Part shown: positions 39,919 to 49,444 of the stretch, in pieces | Position numbering within the stretch: the stretch's first letter is position 1 | Layout: every line of letters begins with the position of its first letter | Assembly: GCA_018064365.1 (NCBI GenBank) | Contig: JAGHVJ010000006.1 | Location: 2,058-66,057 of the forward strand | DNA length: 64,000 bases | Direction of reading: 5' to 3' | Origin: Candidatus Enterousia onthequi | Lineage (GTDB): Bacteria > Pseudomonadota > Alphaproteobacteria > Rs-D84 | The notes under the pieces: model-generated | What the model saw: the letters and a program-made list of their open reading frames with translations, nothing else | The model's database searches: none | What the model was told of the DNA's origin: nothing | Translations under genes and position numbers: made by a program

Positions 39919-41331
39919 ATGCTAGAATATTTACGTAATGCTGCGGAACGTCCATTGGCTAAATTTTTGATTGCCGTATTGGCGTTTTCGTTTGTTGGAT
40001 GGGGCGTTGCCGAATGGATTTTTGGCGGCGGTGCAAATGATATGACATTGGCTCGGGTTGGGGATTCTAAAATCACTGTGAATCAGTTTTCTAACCAAAA
40101 ATCTCAATTAATGGCAAATATGTCGCGCGACCAACAACGTGCGATTTATACAGATGCAAACGCAACAAAATCTTTTAATAATTATATAATGGGTGAATTG
40201 ACCAGCCAGCAAATGGTTCAAAACCGTGCGCACGATTTGGGCTTTATTGTATCTGACCATCGTATTGCGCGCGCCATACGTGATGTCCCTGCATTCCAAG
40301 AAAATGGTAAATTTTCTACGGCCAGATTCGACAGTGCACTGTATGCAAACGGCTTGACCGAGGATAAATTGGCGACCGTATTGCGCAGTGATATTATGCG
40401 TTCAATGGTTTTGGGCCCAATGGGGGAAAAGGTACCTGTTCCACAATTTGCTGTGGATGCGGCATATAATGCACGTTATGCAACGCGTGAAATAGAATAT
40501 AAAATTGTAAAGTTTGATGAATTCAAAACTGCAAAACCATCAGACGACGCGTTAAAAACATATTACGCATCACATCCAAAAACATTGCCAGAAACACGTT
40601 CTGCGTCTTATGTCTTTGTGTCTGCAGATATGGCGAAACCAGATGAATATGATGCAGGTATGGCGCGTATGACCCGTGTCGAAGACGAAATTATCGCCGG
40701 CGACAGTTTGGAATCTGCGGCAAAAAAGCACGGTGCAAAATATGTGAAATTGTCGGCGTTTGCGCGTAATGGTGCGGTAAACGATGCAAATATCACACCA
40801 CAAATTGTGGCGCAAATATTTGATATGGCGACGGGTTCCGATACAGAAATTATAGAGGCCAAGAAAGGTTTTATGATAATTCATCTGGATACGGTAAATC
40901 CTGCGAAGACTGCAGAATTTGAATCTGTAAAATCTGAATTGTTGCTACAATGGACACGCGCAGAAAAACGTAAACAGGCATACGAACGCGCAAACGAAAT
41001 TTTAATAGATTTGAATAAAGATAATAAATGGACTGGGGCGACAAATAAAAATGTCACACGCACAGATGGCGCACCAATGGCGGTGTTGAGTGATGTGTTT
41101 AACAACGCGGTTGGCACAAATAAAATTGTTGAAACCCCAGATGCGTTTTACATTGTGTCTGTAAAGTCTGTAAAAACACCATCGGTTGATGCAAAAAAAC
41201 GCGAATCTTTGGTGCGAGAAATGGATAATATGATGATGTATCAAATCCAATCAGATTATAATAAATTCTTGCAACGGAAATATCCGGTAAAAATAAACAG
41301 CAAGGTCTATAATCGTTACATAGAAAAGTAA
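39919..41331 (+). CDS. ppiD: Periplasmic chaperone, PpiD/SurA-like (N-terminal anchor, chaperone domains)
   Basis: N-terminal TM. Length and position downstream of tpiA are typical for PpiD. No strict motif check was done. Confidence 0.6.
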   Translation: MLEYLRNAAERPLAKFLIAVLAFSFVGWGVAEWIFGGGANDMTLARVGDSKITVNQFSNQKSQLMANMSRDQQRAIYTDANATKSFNNYIMGELTSQQMVQNRAHDLGFIVSDHRIARAIRDVPAFQENGKFSTARFDSALYANGLTEDKLATVLRSDIMRSMVLGPMGEKVPVPQFAVDAAYNARYATREIEYKIVKFDEFKTAKPSDDALKTYYASHPKTLPETRSASYVFVSADMAKPDEYDAGMARMTRVEDEIIAGDSLESAAKKHGAKYVKLSAFARNGAVNDANITPQIVAQIFDMATGSDTEIIEAKKGFMIIHLDTVNPAKTAEFESVKSELLLQWTRAEKRKQAYERANEILIDLNKDNKWTGATNKNVTRTDGAPMAVLSDVFNNAVGTNKIVETPDAFYIVSVKSVKTPSVDAKKRESLVREMDNMMMYQIQSDYNKFLQRKYPVKINSKVYNRYIEK

Positions 41332-41338
41332 TCCATAA

Positions 41339-41362
41339 CCGGTGCAAAGCACCGGTTTTTTA
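41339..41362 (+). terminator. Rho-independent terminator
   Basis: CCGGTGC-AAA-GCACCGG followed by TTTTTT. Confidence 0.8.
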
Positions 41363-41411
41363 TTGTCGCATCGGTAGTATGACGGGGCAAAATAGTGTAA
41401 AAAAGTGTCGG

Positions 41412-41429
41412 AAAAAACCTAGGTTTTTT
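41412..41429. promoter_or_regulatory. Perfect palindrome AAAAAACCTAGGTTTTTT (copy 1), preceded by GTGTCGG
   Basis: Read directly from the sequence. The same unit recurs at 41530..41547. Confidence 0.5.
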
Positions 41430-41529
41430 GACAAGTGTTTTTTTTAGTTTTTTTCAATTTTTTTATTTTTTAGTTTTCTCGCAAAATCAACCACTTATAA
41501 AATCCGGGCTTCGCGCGGTGTGGTGTCGC

Positions 41530-41555
41530 AAAAAAACCTAGGTTTTTGGTATACT
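41530..41555 (+). promoter_or_regulatory. Palindrome copy 2 (AAAAAAACCTAGGTTTTT) overlapping an extended -10 promoter TGgTATACT
   Basis: TG at 41547-48 and TATACT at 41550-55. The palindrome spans -36..-19, consistent with an operator. Confidence 0.45.
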
Positions 41556-41618
41556 GTTTGCAAAGGGAAAAAACTAAGGAAATCCAAGGAAAAATTAAAA
41601 TGCTGAGAGAGTAAAAAA

Positions 41619-42581
41619 TTGTCTAAAAAACACATTTTTTTAAGAGTTTTTTCGAGAATCACAATTTTGGTGTGTGTTTTTTGTGCATTTTTCATCTCGC
41701 CTGTGTTCGCCACTTTGCCGGCCGGTTATACCGAGTTGGAATATATCGAATCCACCGGTACACAGTATATTGATACGGGACAAATGTTTTTGTTTGGTGA
41801 TGAGTTTTATTTTGAGTATATGCAAATTAAAAGTGTATCAACGGAAAACAAAGGTTATGGTGCGGGTGTTGATCTTTCTAGTAACATTACTTGTGGAGGT
41901 CGTAAAAAGGGTGACATTGTAGGGATGTATACGTTAGCTAGCAATACTTATTACAGTCCAACATTGAGTTATCAAGATTCTTTAAACAAACATTATACCG
42001 AACAATGGAAAATATCAGAAGGAACTTTAGTTTCTGTTTTAACAGAGGTTGGTACAGATAATATATATACTTTTTCTGCTGCCAGAACTGGTTTTAATTC
42101 AAGTTATACATCTGGTAATACTGTTTATTTGTTTAGAGATCATAGTTCGCTATATGATTACTATAGCGCGACAAGATTGTATCACACGTGGTTACGTCGT
42201 CAAAATGGTACGTATGTCTTTGATTTTATCCCTGCTAAACGTGATTCCGATAATGAAATTGGTATGTATGATACTGTGACTAATACTTTCTTTACTAATA
42301 AGGGGACTGGTGATTTTATTGCTGGGCCGGTGGCAGAAATCAAAATTGCAACAACAAAAATGGTTGATGAAGAATTTAAGGCGGCGGAGGACCAGTTGGC
42401 GGCGACGGTTCAAACAATTGAAAGTGTTGTATCTCGCACGATTGCCCAAACCGAACAAATCCAGATATTACAAGACACCAAACAAACGCGCCCCGACGAA
42501 TCATGTCCTGCAAACACGAAATGCTTACTGGTTCAAGACGAAGACGGCACCCCACATTGGTACCCAATCATCGAACCATAA
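41619..42581 (+). CDS. Secreted hypothetical protein (TTG start). Tyr/Thr/Ser-rich with a C-terminal coiled coil.
   Basis: Signal peptide ..ISPVFA. N-terminal LPAGYTELEYIESTGTQYIDTG motif. Confidence 0.55.
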   Translation: MSKKHIFLRVFSRITILVCVFCAFFISPVFATLPAGYTELEYIESTGTQYIDTGQMFLFGDEFYFEYMQIKSVSTENKGYGAGVDLSSNITCGGRKKGDIVGMYTLASNTYYSPTLSYQDSLNKHYTEQWKISEGTLVSVLTEVGTDNIYTFSAARTGFNSSYTSGNTVYLFRDHSSLYDYYSATRLYHTWLRRQNGTYVFDFIPAKRDSDNEIGMYDTVTNTFFTNKGTGDFIAGPVAEIKIATTKMVDEEFKAAEDQLAATVQTIESVVSRTIAQTEQIQILQDTKQTRPDESCPANTKCLLVQDEDGTPHWYPIIEP

Positions 42582-42672
42582 AATTCTTTTGGTCGGGAAT
42601 ATTTCCGGCTTTTTTATTTGCTTTTGTTATGTGTTATTGCTATATTTTTTGCGTTATGACAAAGGGGAAAAT

Positions 42673-43179
42673 ATGAAAACCGCAATTAAATATTTATCTG
42701 TGATTTTGGGCGTTGTAATTCTGGATCAAATCGCTAAATCATTGTTATTATACTTGATAACTGGGACTGTCCCAATTTCTGGTGATGCGTGGGGAATTGT
42801 TGGATATCCTTATTTAATGTCGCATGTGTTTAATTGGTTTAATGTGGTATTTACTTGGAATCCTGGGACTTCGTTTTCTTTGTTTCGCACCCTGGGCGAG
42901 GGCGCACCATGGATAATCGTTGGTGCCACTGGGGTGATTTGCGCAATGCTGATTTATTATATGTTGCGTCGGGCTGGCAAAAACGAACGTTTGCCATTGG
43001 CTTTTATCATTGGGGGCGCACTTGGAAACTTAATCGACCGTGTGCGTTTTGGCGCCGTCATAGATTTTATAGATTGGCACATTGGCAATTGGCATTGGCC
43101 TGCATTTAATGTTGCTGATATATTTATTGTAATTGGTGTGGCTTTGTATATAATAAACATAACTTTTCGCAAAAAATAA
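42673..43179 (+). CDS. lspA: Lipoprotein signal peptidase (signal peptidase II)
   Basis: NPGTSFS and FNVADI motifs. The ORF-track N-terminal extension was rejected. Confidence 0.9.
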   Translation: MKTAIKYLSVILGVVILDQIAKSLLLYLITGTVPISGDAWGIVGYPYLMSHVFNWFNVVFTWNPGTSFSLFRTLGEGAPWIIVGATGVICAMLIYYMLRRAGKNERLPLAFIIGGALGNLIDRVRFGAVIDFIDWHIGNWHWPAFNVADIFIVIGVALYIINITFRKK

Positions 43180-43189
43180 AGGGTGAACG

Positions 43190-44755
43190 ATGGTTGAATA
43201 TTTGAATAATAATTCTGGATTTGCAGCATGGAACGCGGCTCAAAATAAAAATTCTGGGCGGTCGCGTTTTGGTAATTTTTTATGGTGGACATTTTTGTTC
43301 TTGGTTGCTTGGTGGATTGTCGGACTGTTTATGAACCCGAAACAAAACGCAAATAATACTGTTGCCCCAGAACCAATTGTCACGGTTGATGTGTCAAATG
43401 TGCCGGTTGACAATGTTTCATCTGATATGATTTCTGCGGACGTTCGTGGTTTACGTATATCGAACATAGATTTGAAAAATTTTGCACGCAGTGCCGATGA
43501 TAAAACACCTGTGCGATTGATTGACGGTAATGGATTTATGGAAATCGGTCTGAATCCAAATGGTACAACCGCGCCAACTGCAACAACAGTATGGAAAAAA
43601 TCTGGCGATAAAATGGTTTGGCGCAATCCAGATGGTGTGGAATTTACGCGTGAAATAACTGTGGATGGATATTTAATTCGTGTAAATGATACAATTAAAA
43701 ATAATACAAAACGCGATTATGCTTTTGCTCCATATACGCGTGTGTTACGTAATGCTGACGCGACCAGTTCTGGTGGTGTTTATACTGGCGCATTGGCATA
43801 TGTAAATAATGATTTGGAACATAATGATTGGCGTAAATTAGATAAAAAATCTTATGCATACACAACAACAAATGGTTTCGTTGGATTCGCAGACCAATAT
43901 TGGGAAACAGTTGTGAGCATAGATGCCCCAGATCAAACTATGCGTATGAAAAAACAGGGCGATTTATATGAATCTGGTGCGGTGTCTGCGGCGATAAATG
44001 TTGCATCTGGTGATACAAAAACAATCACAACAAATGTGTTCGTAGGTCCACGTGATTCAAATGTGTTAAATTCAATTGATACGACAATCAACGGCATTTC
44101 CGAAACGGTGGATTATGGATGGTTCTGGTTTTTGGCTCAACCGATGTTGTGGTCAATAAATATGTTGCATAAATTCGTAATGAATTATGGTTTGGCGATT
44201 ATAATCTTTACAATTTTAATCAGATTTTTAATGTGGCCTCTGACTCGCAAATCATATACTTCGATGATTGCGATGCAGAAAATGCAACCAGAATTACAAC
44301 GTGTTCAAAAATTATACGCAAACGATAAACAACGTATGCAGATTGAAATGATGCGCATTTACCAAACACATAAAACATCGCCGATGTCTGGGTGTTTGCC
44401 AATGCTGATTCAAATTCCAATTTTCTTTGCGTTGTATAAAGCATTGTTGATTTCGGTGCAAATGCGTAATGCGAACTTTTTATGGATAAATGATTTGGCA
44501 ACAATGGACACATATTTTATTCTGCCGGTTTTGATGGGGGCGACAATGTGGTTGCAACAATACTTGCAACAGAATAAAACAGATTCAAAAAATCAAAATG
44601 ACATTGCGGCCCAGACCACCCAAGTTATGAAATGGATGCCAATATTATTTACAATAATGTTTGCGTGGATGCCGGCGGGTTTGGTATTGTATTGGACGGT
44701 GTCTAATATATTTGGCATTGGTCAAATGATGTGGTTAAAACATAAAGCAAAATAA
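43190..44755 (+). CDS. yidC: Membrane protein insertase YidC
   Basis: Large periplasmic domain followed by conserved C-terminal TMs (..MQPELQRVQKLY..GCLPMLIQIPIFFALY..). Confidence 0.9.
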   Translation: MVEYLNNNSGFAAWNAAQNKNSGRSRFGNFLWWTFLFLVAWWIVGLFMNPKQNANNTVAPEPIVTVDVSNVPVDNVSSDMISADVRGLRISNIDLKNFARSADDKTPVRLIDGNGFMEIGLNPNGTTAPTATTVWKKSGDKMVWRNPDGVEFTREITVDGYLIRVNDTIKNNTKRDYAFAPYTRVLRNADATSSGGVYTGALAYVNNDLEHNDWRKLDKKSYAYTTTNGFVGFADQYWETVVSIDAPDQTMRMKKQGDLYESGAVSAAINVASGDTKTITTNVFVGPRDSNVLNSIDTTINGISETVDYGWFWFLAQPMLWSINMLHKFVMNYGLAIIIFTILIRFLMWPLTRKSYTSMIAMQKMQPELQRVQKLYANDKQRMQIEMMRIYQTHKTSPMSGCLPMLIQIPIFFALYKALLISVQMRNANFLWINDLATMDTYFILPVLMGATMWLQQYLQQNKTDSKNQNDIAAQTTQVMKWMPILFTIMFAWMPAGLVLYWTVSNIFGIGQMMWLKHKAK

Positions 44756-44768
44756 TAAAGGAATAAAA

Positions 44769-45815
44769 ATGTTTAATTTTATAAAAACTTTGTTCGGACC
44801 GCGCGGAATAAAAATTACTGCGGGTGAATTGGCAACAATGTTCGGTCTGGAATTGCGTGGCGACAAAGACGCAATTGTTCGTGGGGTTGCCCCAATCGCA
44901 GATGCTCGCCCTGGCCAGTTGGCTTTTTATTCCACAGAACAAAACAGTGCGGCTTTCAAAATTTTACCAATTGATGTTTTGCGTAAAACACGTGCCACGG
45001 TTATATTGTTGCAACCTGCACAAATTGACGATGCGCCTGATGGGGCAACACTTTTAATCACTGATTCACCACGTGGAAATATTGTAAAAATATTGGGTGA
45101 AATATATCGTGAAAAACCACGTTTCGGGGTCAGTGCCGATGCCCATGTGGAACGTGGTGTGTTTTTCCGTTCTCGCAAGACGAATTATGTCGGACAATTT
45201 GCAACGATTGAACGCGGCGCAGTAATTGAACCAGGGGTAAAAATTTATGCGGGTGCGTATATTGGTCGTAATGTCACATTGGGGCGGGGCACAATCGTAT
45301 ACAGTGGTGCACATATCGAAAACACAACAACTGGCGCAGATTGTGTTATAAATGCAAATGCAGTAATTGGCAAAAATGGTTTTGGTTATACGCGCCAAGA
45401 CGGTCATAATATATTTATTCCGCATGTTGGACGTGTTGTCTTGGGCGACAGAGTGTCTGTTGGTTCGAATACTTGTATTGACCGCGGTGCGATGACAGAT
45501 ACCATCGTGGGCGATGGAACCAAGATTGACAATTTGTGCCAAATTGCGCATGGTGTGGTGATTGGGCGTGAATGTTTCTTGGCATCTGGTGTTGGATTGG
45601 CGGGTGGCACAGTTATTGGCGACCGTGTTTTGTTGGCGGGCCAGGTTGGCATTGCAAACGGAATTCATATTGGCGACGATGCCGAGGTCGGGGCAAAAAG
45701 TGGAGTATTCAAAAATATTGCGGCTGGAACGCGTGTAATGGGATATCCGGCGGCTGTGGGAATGGAATTTTTCCGCAACTATGCGTGGGTTCGCAAAAAT
45801 GCGTCCAAGAATTAA
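44769..45815 (+). CDS. lpxD: UDP-3-O-acylglucosamine N-acyltransferase
   Basis: N-terminal LpxD domain followed by left-handed beta-helix hexapeptide repeats. ~348 aa. Confidence 0.85.
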   Translation: MFNFIKTLFGPRGIKITAGELATMFGLELRGDKDAIVRGVAPIADARPGQLAFYSTEQNSAAFKILPIDVLRKTRATVILLQPAQIDDAPDGATLLITDSPRGNIVKILGEIYREKPRFGVSADAHVERGVFFRSRKTNYVGQFATIERGAVIEPGVKIYAGAYIGRNVTLGRGTIVYSGAHIENTTTGADCVINANAVIGKNGFGYTRQDGHNIFIPHVGRVVLGDRVSVGSNTCIDRGAMTDTIVGDGTKIDNLCQIAHGVVIGRECFLASGVGLAGGTVIGDRVLLAGQVGIANGIHIGDDAEVGAKSGVFKNIAAGTRVMGYPAAVGMEFFRNYAWVRKNASKN

Positions 45816-45844
45816 AATAAACACAACGATTTTGTTGTAAAATT

Positions 45845-45868
45845 TATCCCGCAGTTTTCTGCGGGATA
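45845..45868. terminator. Hairpin terminator after lpxD
   Basis: TATCCCGCAG-TTTTC-TGCGGGATA. Confidence 0.6.
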
Positions 45869-45873
45869 AAATT

Positions 45874-46038
45874 TTATAAAAACCAAGTCCACGGTAATAA
45901 TATTTGCGTTTCTGTTTGGGTATCATAAATAGGATCGCCAGTTGTTTCTATTTCCGGCATTTTACTGGAAGTAAAATCTGCAACTTTGGCACAGCCAGAA
46001 AACAAAAATAAACAAGAAAAACATAATATAAATTTCAT
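45874..46038 (-). CDS. Small lipoprotein (54 aa)
   Basis: MKFILCFSCLFLFSGC lipobox. RBS GGTGGA. Confidence 0.45.
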   Translation of the reverse strand: MKFILCFSCLFLFSGCAKVADFTSSKMPEIETTGDPIYDTQTETQILLPWTWFL

Positions 46039-46180
46039 AAAATCCACCCCGTCTTTGCTGTTTATTATACTATTTTTAGACATATAATGCAACAAATGTA
46101 AACTCTTTTGTTTGCATAATGAAATAAAAAGTTGTATATTTACAAGACTGTTTTTTTTTTGATAATCCAAGGCACGAATA

Positions 46181-46750
46181 ATGAATGAAAACAAATTTAT
46201 GAAAAATCCGAATCCAGATACTGTTAAAAAATATTTTAATTTTTATATGCAAAAAATTTTGCCACTTGTTAAACAATATGCCACACAAAACCCAAACGGA
46301 TGTCATGCATTAGATAAACATACTTCTGCGGTTGTTTTTCGTGGCATAGATTATGCATTATCATTAAATGAAAATCCGTTGCCGGTTGTGTTTGCTGGGG
46401 CATTTCATGATATGGCGCGTATACATGATGGTTTTGATTGTGAACATGGAAAAAATGCGGTGCCATACGCGAAAAAAATAATGCAGTTATTTTCAGATAT
46501 TTTAAACCCCACCCAACAATCAAACATAATATATGCAATAGAAAATCATACCACCGGAACGAACGCAATAGATTATGTATCCAAATGTTTATGGGATGCA
46601 GATAGAACCAGATTGTCATGGATATATGGCTTTGAATCAAAATTTTTTAATACAGAACGCGCAAAATATGTTGCGTCGCACCCATACTGTGATTATATAA
46701 AATTCCAACAGAAATGTTTTCCAGAACTATTCTGGTCATATGAGTATTAA
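46181..46750 (+). CDS. HD-domain phosphohydrolase-family protein
   Basis: H..H...FHDMARIHDG (an HD motif). Confidence 0.6.
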   Translation: MNENKFMKNPNPDTVKKYFNFYMQKILPLVKQYATQNPNGCHALDKHTSAVVFRGIDYALSLNENPLPVVFAGAFHDMARIHDGFDCEHGKNAVPYAKKIMQLFSDILNPTQQSNIIYAIENHTTGTNAIDYVSKCLWDADRTRLSWIYGFESKFFNTERAKYVASHPYCDYIKFQQKCFPELFWSYEY

Positions 46751-46754
46751 AAAA

Positions 46755-46778
46755 GCCGGCATTTGCCGGCATTTTTTT
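46755..46778. terminator. Bidirectional terminator GCCGGC-ATTT-GCCGGC followed by a T-tract
   Basis: Perfect 6-bp GC stem. A/T tracts on both sides. Confidence 0.8.
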
Positions 46779-47796
46779 AAAACGCAACCTTTAACGCGGT
46801 GGACAAGAACGGTGTTTTTGTTGTTAAACCAACCGAAGTCCACAATTCCATATTTTCACTATATTTATACCGGAAAGAGCCAATCACAGTATGGTCATAA
46901 TATTGTGGCAAATCACGATGCCAAATCCCAGTTTTTGAATACAGATATGACAGAGATAAAGAATAGTTCAAAATATCATAACTGACACCACTGCCCACAG
47001 ATATTCCATCACTTGGCGCGCCAACTGGATTTTTATCATATATCGCAACGGCCGAAGTTCCAAAAATCCAACTGTTATATTGTATATTAAACCCAACCGA
47101 ACCTTGTGCGCGCCAATCTGCGGTAACTTCATCTAAATAAGACGCAGGACTAAATCCGTCTAAATTATTCATAAAAGACGCGCCCAACGATAACGCGGAT
47201 TTTATTTTGCCATTTGGAAATCTAAATTTCACACCGCCGTCAACAGCATAATCATAATCTTCACCAAATGCCGCCACAGACACACCATATTGTCCGACAT
47301 TTGTTGGAACACTAACCAAATTTACACGTGGCGCATCATGCCCAGAATTCGCATGTGTATTTGGAATAACATTTCCGTCTGGCGAAATTCTTTTATAAAA
47401 CAAAGGATTGTGATTCACGCGCAATCCACCGACATCTGGAATTCCAACACTCAACTTGTGTGTCACAGAATGAGTTAAACCAATTTCCACACGCCCTAAA
47501 TCTTGAACTTCATACAAAGCAAATGCATCATGCGCCCAATCATGTTCGGATAACGCTTCTTCGTCCCATTCGTACACCAAACCAAACGTTTGACCACGTG
47601 CCACAGCATAGTTGTATTGTGCGCGCAATTCAAAATCACCTAAGAATAGAGTGTCGTGAAAATCCGGTTCTATAACACCGGCTTGGCCAGATACATTAAA
47701 TTTTAACGCGCTGCGTCCATAGTTATATTGCAAAGCATAACCAGACTCAACAAAAACCAAACCAAATATCAATCCCCGTAACAAGTGTTTTTTCAT
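46777..47796 (-). CDS. Outer-membrane beta-barrel protein (porin/OmpA-like)
   Basis: Signal peptide, alternating amphipathic strands and a C-terminal ..LKVAF (terminal Phe). Confidence 0.6.
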   Translation of the reverse strand: MKKHLLRGLIFGLVFVESGYALQYNYGRSALKFNVSGQAGVIEPDFHDTLFLGDFELRAQYNYAVARGQTFGLVYEWDEEALSEHDWAHDAFALYEVQDLGRVEIGLTHSVTHKLSVGIPDVGGLRVNHNPLFYKRISPDGNVIPNTHANSGHDAPRVNLVSVPTNVGQYGVSVAAFGEDYDYAVDGGVKFRFPNGKIKSALSLGASFMNNLDGFSPASYLDEVTADWRAQGSVGFNIQYNSWIFGTSAVAIYDKNPVGAPSDGISVGSGVSYDILNYSLSLSYLYSKTGIWHRDLPQYYDHTVIGSFRYKYSENMELWTSVGLTTKTPFLSTALKVAF

Positions 47797-48710
47797 GCGT
47801 TTCCCCCATTTGTATCATGTAATATCGCATCGCGCAGTTTTTGATATGCGCGTTCTTCAATTTGTCGCACGCGTTCGCGTGAAATAGAATATTTTTGTGA
47901 CAAAGATTCTAATGTTTCAACCGGTTCACTCAATCGCCGTGCGCGCAGAATTTCACGGTCGCGTTCAGGCAATTCTGCCAAATGTTTGCGCAACAATTCA
48001 TACCCACGTTTTTTGAATTCCAGTTGTTCAATGCTGTCTTCGATTCCGATTTTATCGTCAGAAAGATTAGATAAAATATCATGCGCATCTGGGTCATTAT
48101 GTGCGGGGGAATTCAAAGAAACATCACGCGCGCCAACACGAGTCGCCATACGTGATACATCGTTTTCAGAAACATTTAAAAAATCTGCGATTTGTTTTGT
48201 TTGTTCTGAATTCAAATTATTGTCCATAATTCCCAAAGCCCGCTTTGCGCGTGCCAAATTAAAAAATACGCGTTTTTGGTTTGCAGATGTTCCAATTTTC
48301 ACAATAGACCAATTATTCAAAATTGTTTCGTAAATTTCTGCCTTGATCCAAAACATTGCGTATGTAGAAAAACGAAAACCGCGTTCTGGGTCAAATTTTT
48401 GTAATGCCTGCATCAAACCCATATTACCAGACGCAATTAAATCCGCCACTGGCACGCCATAGTTTTTGAAATCATACGCCACCGACACAACCAAACGCAG
48501 GTGTGACGCAACCAATTTTTCCGCCGCACTTGCATCATGATTTTGTGTCCAACGCGATGCATATTCATATTCTTGTTCAGCCGATAAAACAGGGTATTTT
48601 TGAATACTTTGAATATATTGAGCCAAACCCGATTCATCACTGACCCCACGGGCGGCGACAATACTGGTATTATTTACTGTTGGTAAAGTATTCTTGATTT
48701 GCTTTTTCAT
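47793..48710 (-). CDS. rpoH: RNA polymerase sigma-32 heat-shock factor
   Basis: RpoH box QKRVFFNLARAKR and sigma-70 regions 2 to 4. Confidence 0.9.
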   Translation of the reverse strand: MKKQIKNTLPTVNNTSIVAARGVSDESGLAQYIQSIQKYPVLSAEQEYEYASRWTQNHDASAAEKLVASHLRLVVSVAYDFKNYGVPVADLIASGNMGLMQALQKFDPERGFRFSTYAMFWIKAEIYETILNNWSIVKIGTSANQKRVFFNLARAKRALGIMDNNLNSEQTKQIADFLNVSENDVSRMATRVGARDVSLNSPAHNDPDAHDILSNLSDDKIGIEDSIEQLEFKKRGYELLRKHLAELPERDREILRARRLSEPVETLESLSQKYSISRERVRQIEERAYQKLRDAILHDTNGGNA

Positions 48711-48762
48711 AACTTTTATAGTATATCATAAAATATCAATTATCAAGACCCAGGAGTATAAA

Positions 48763-49425
48763 ATGGCTAGTATTTTAGACCGGAAAAAAAACCTAAAACC
48801 CGCAACCCCGAAAAAGACACGCGAAGATTATGCCCAAGACGCCCTATATCGCGAGGTATGGGAAGATGTGAATAACGAAAAAACAATCGCTTTTTTCAAA
48901 AAATATGCAAAGCCAATGATTGGCGGGGCGCTGGCAATAATGATTATTGTGGCTGGATATCAAATTGGTGTGCGTGCATATCGTTCTAAACAAATAGCAA
49001 CGGCACAAATTTACGAAACAGCATTGGAAAATACAGATGTTAATGCATTGGCAAAATTGGGTGCAGATGCTCGTGGTGCAAATGCAGATTTGGCATTGTT
49101 TCAATCTTATGTGTTGGATAAAAACAAAGATATTACAAAATTGGAAAAATTGGCTGAACACGGCAATACTCGTGATTTTCGTGATTTGGCACGTTTGCAT
49201 GTTATTGGTGTTCGTGGGGATGAAATGTCTGCGCCCCAGGTGGAAAAATACCTATCTGAATTAAATACAAAATCGTCACCATTTTATTATACTGCGATGT
49301 TGACGATTGCCCAGAAATATTTGGCGTCTGGCGATACAGAATCTGCGAACAAATGGTTGGATAAATTATCATCTGACCCTGATTGTCCCGCAGAAATTTC
49401 TGGTATGGCCCAAAGTCTGAGATAA
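48763..49425 (+). CDS. YfgM-like membrane-anchored TPR-like protein
   Basis: TM at ~aa 45-65. Sits next to a BamB-like gene (the yfgM-bamB synteny). Confidence 0.5.
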   Translation: MASILDRKKNLKPATPKKTREDYAQDALYREVWEDVNNEKTIAFFKKYAKPMIGGALAIMIIVAGYQIGVRAYRSKQIATAQIYETALENTDVNALAKLGADARGANADLALFQSYVLDKNKDITKLEKLAEHGNTRDFRDLARLHVIGVRGDEMSAPQVEKYLSELNTKSSPFYYTAMLTIAQKYLASGDTESANKWLDKLSSDPDCPAEISGMAQSLR

Positions 49426-49444
49426 AAAATTCAGGGGGGATTTT

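Noticed and set aside
41428-41456. Possible sigma70 promoter using the TTGACA right after palindrome copy 1
   Set aside because: No acceptable -10 hexamer lies 16-18 nt downstream (TTTTCA/TTTCAA). Only the second site has a convincing extended -10.
41495-41713. 72-aa antisense ORF across the palindrome/promoter region
   Set aside because: Low-complexity composition. It overlaps the promoter and the 5' end of the 41619 gene. Likely spurious.
42310-42672. Long N-terminal extension of the lspA ORF (Arg/Lys-rich, 120 aa)
   Set aside because: The extension has no RBS and a nonsense-like composition. The conserved LspA starts at MKTAIKYL (42673) behind a good RBS AAAGGGG.
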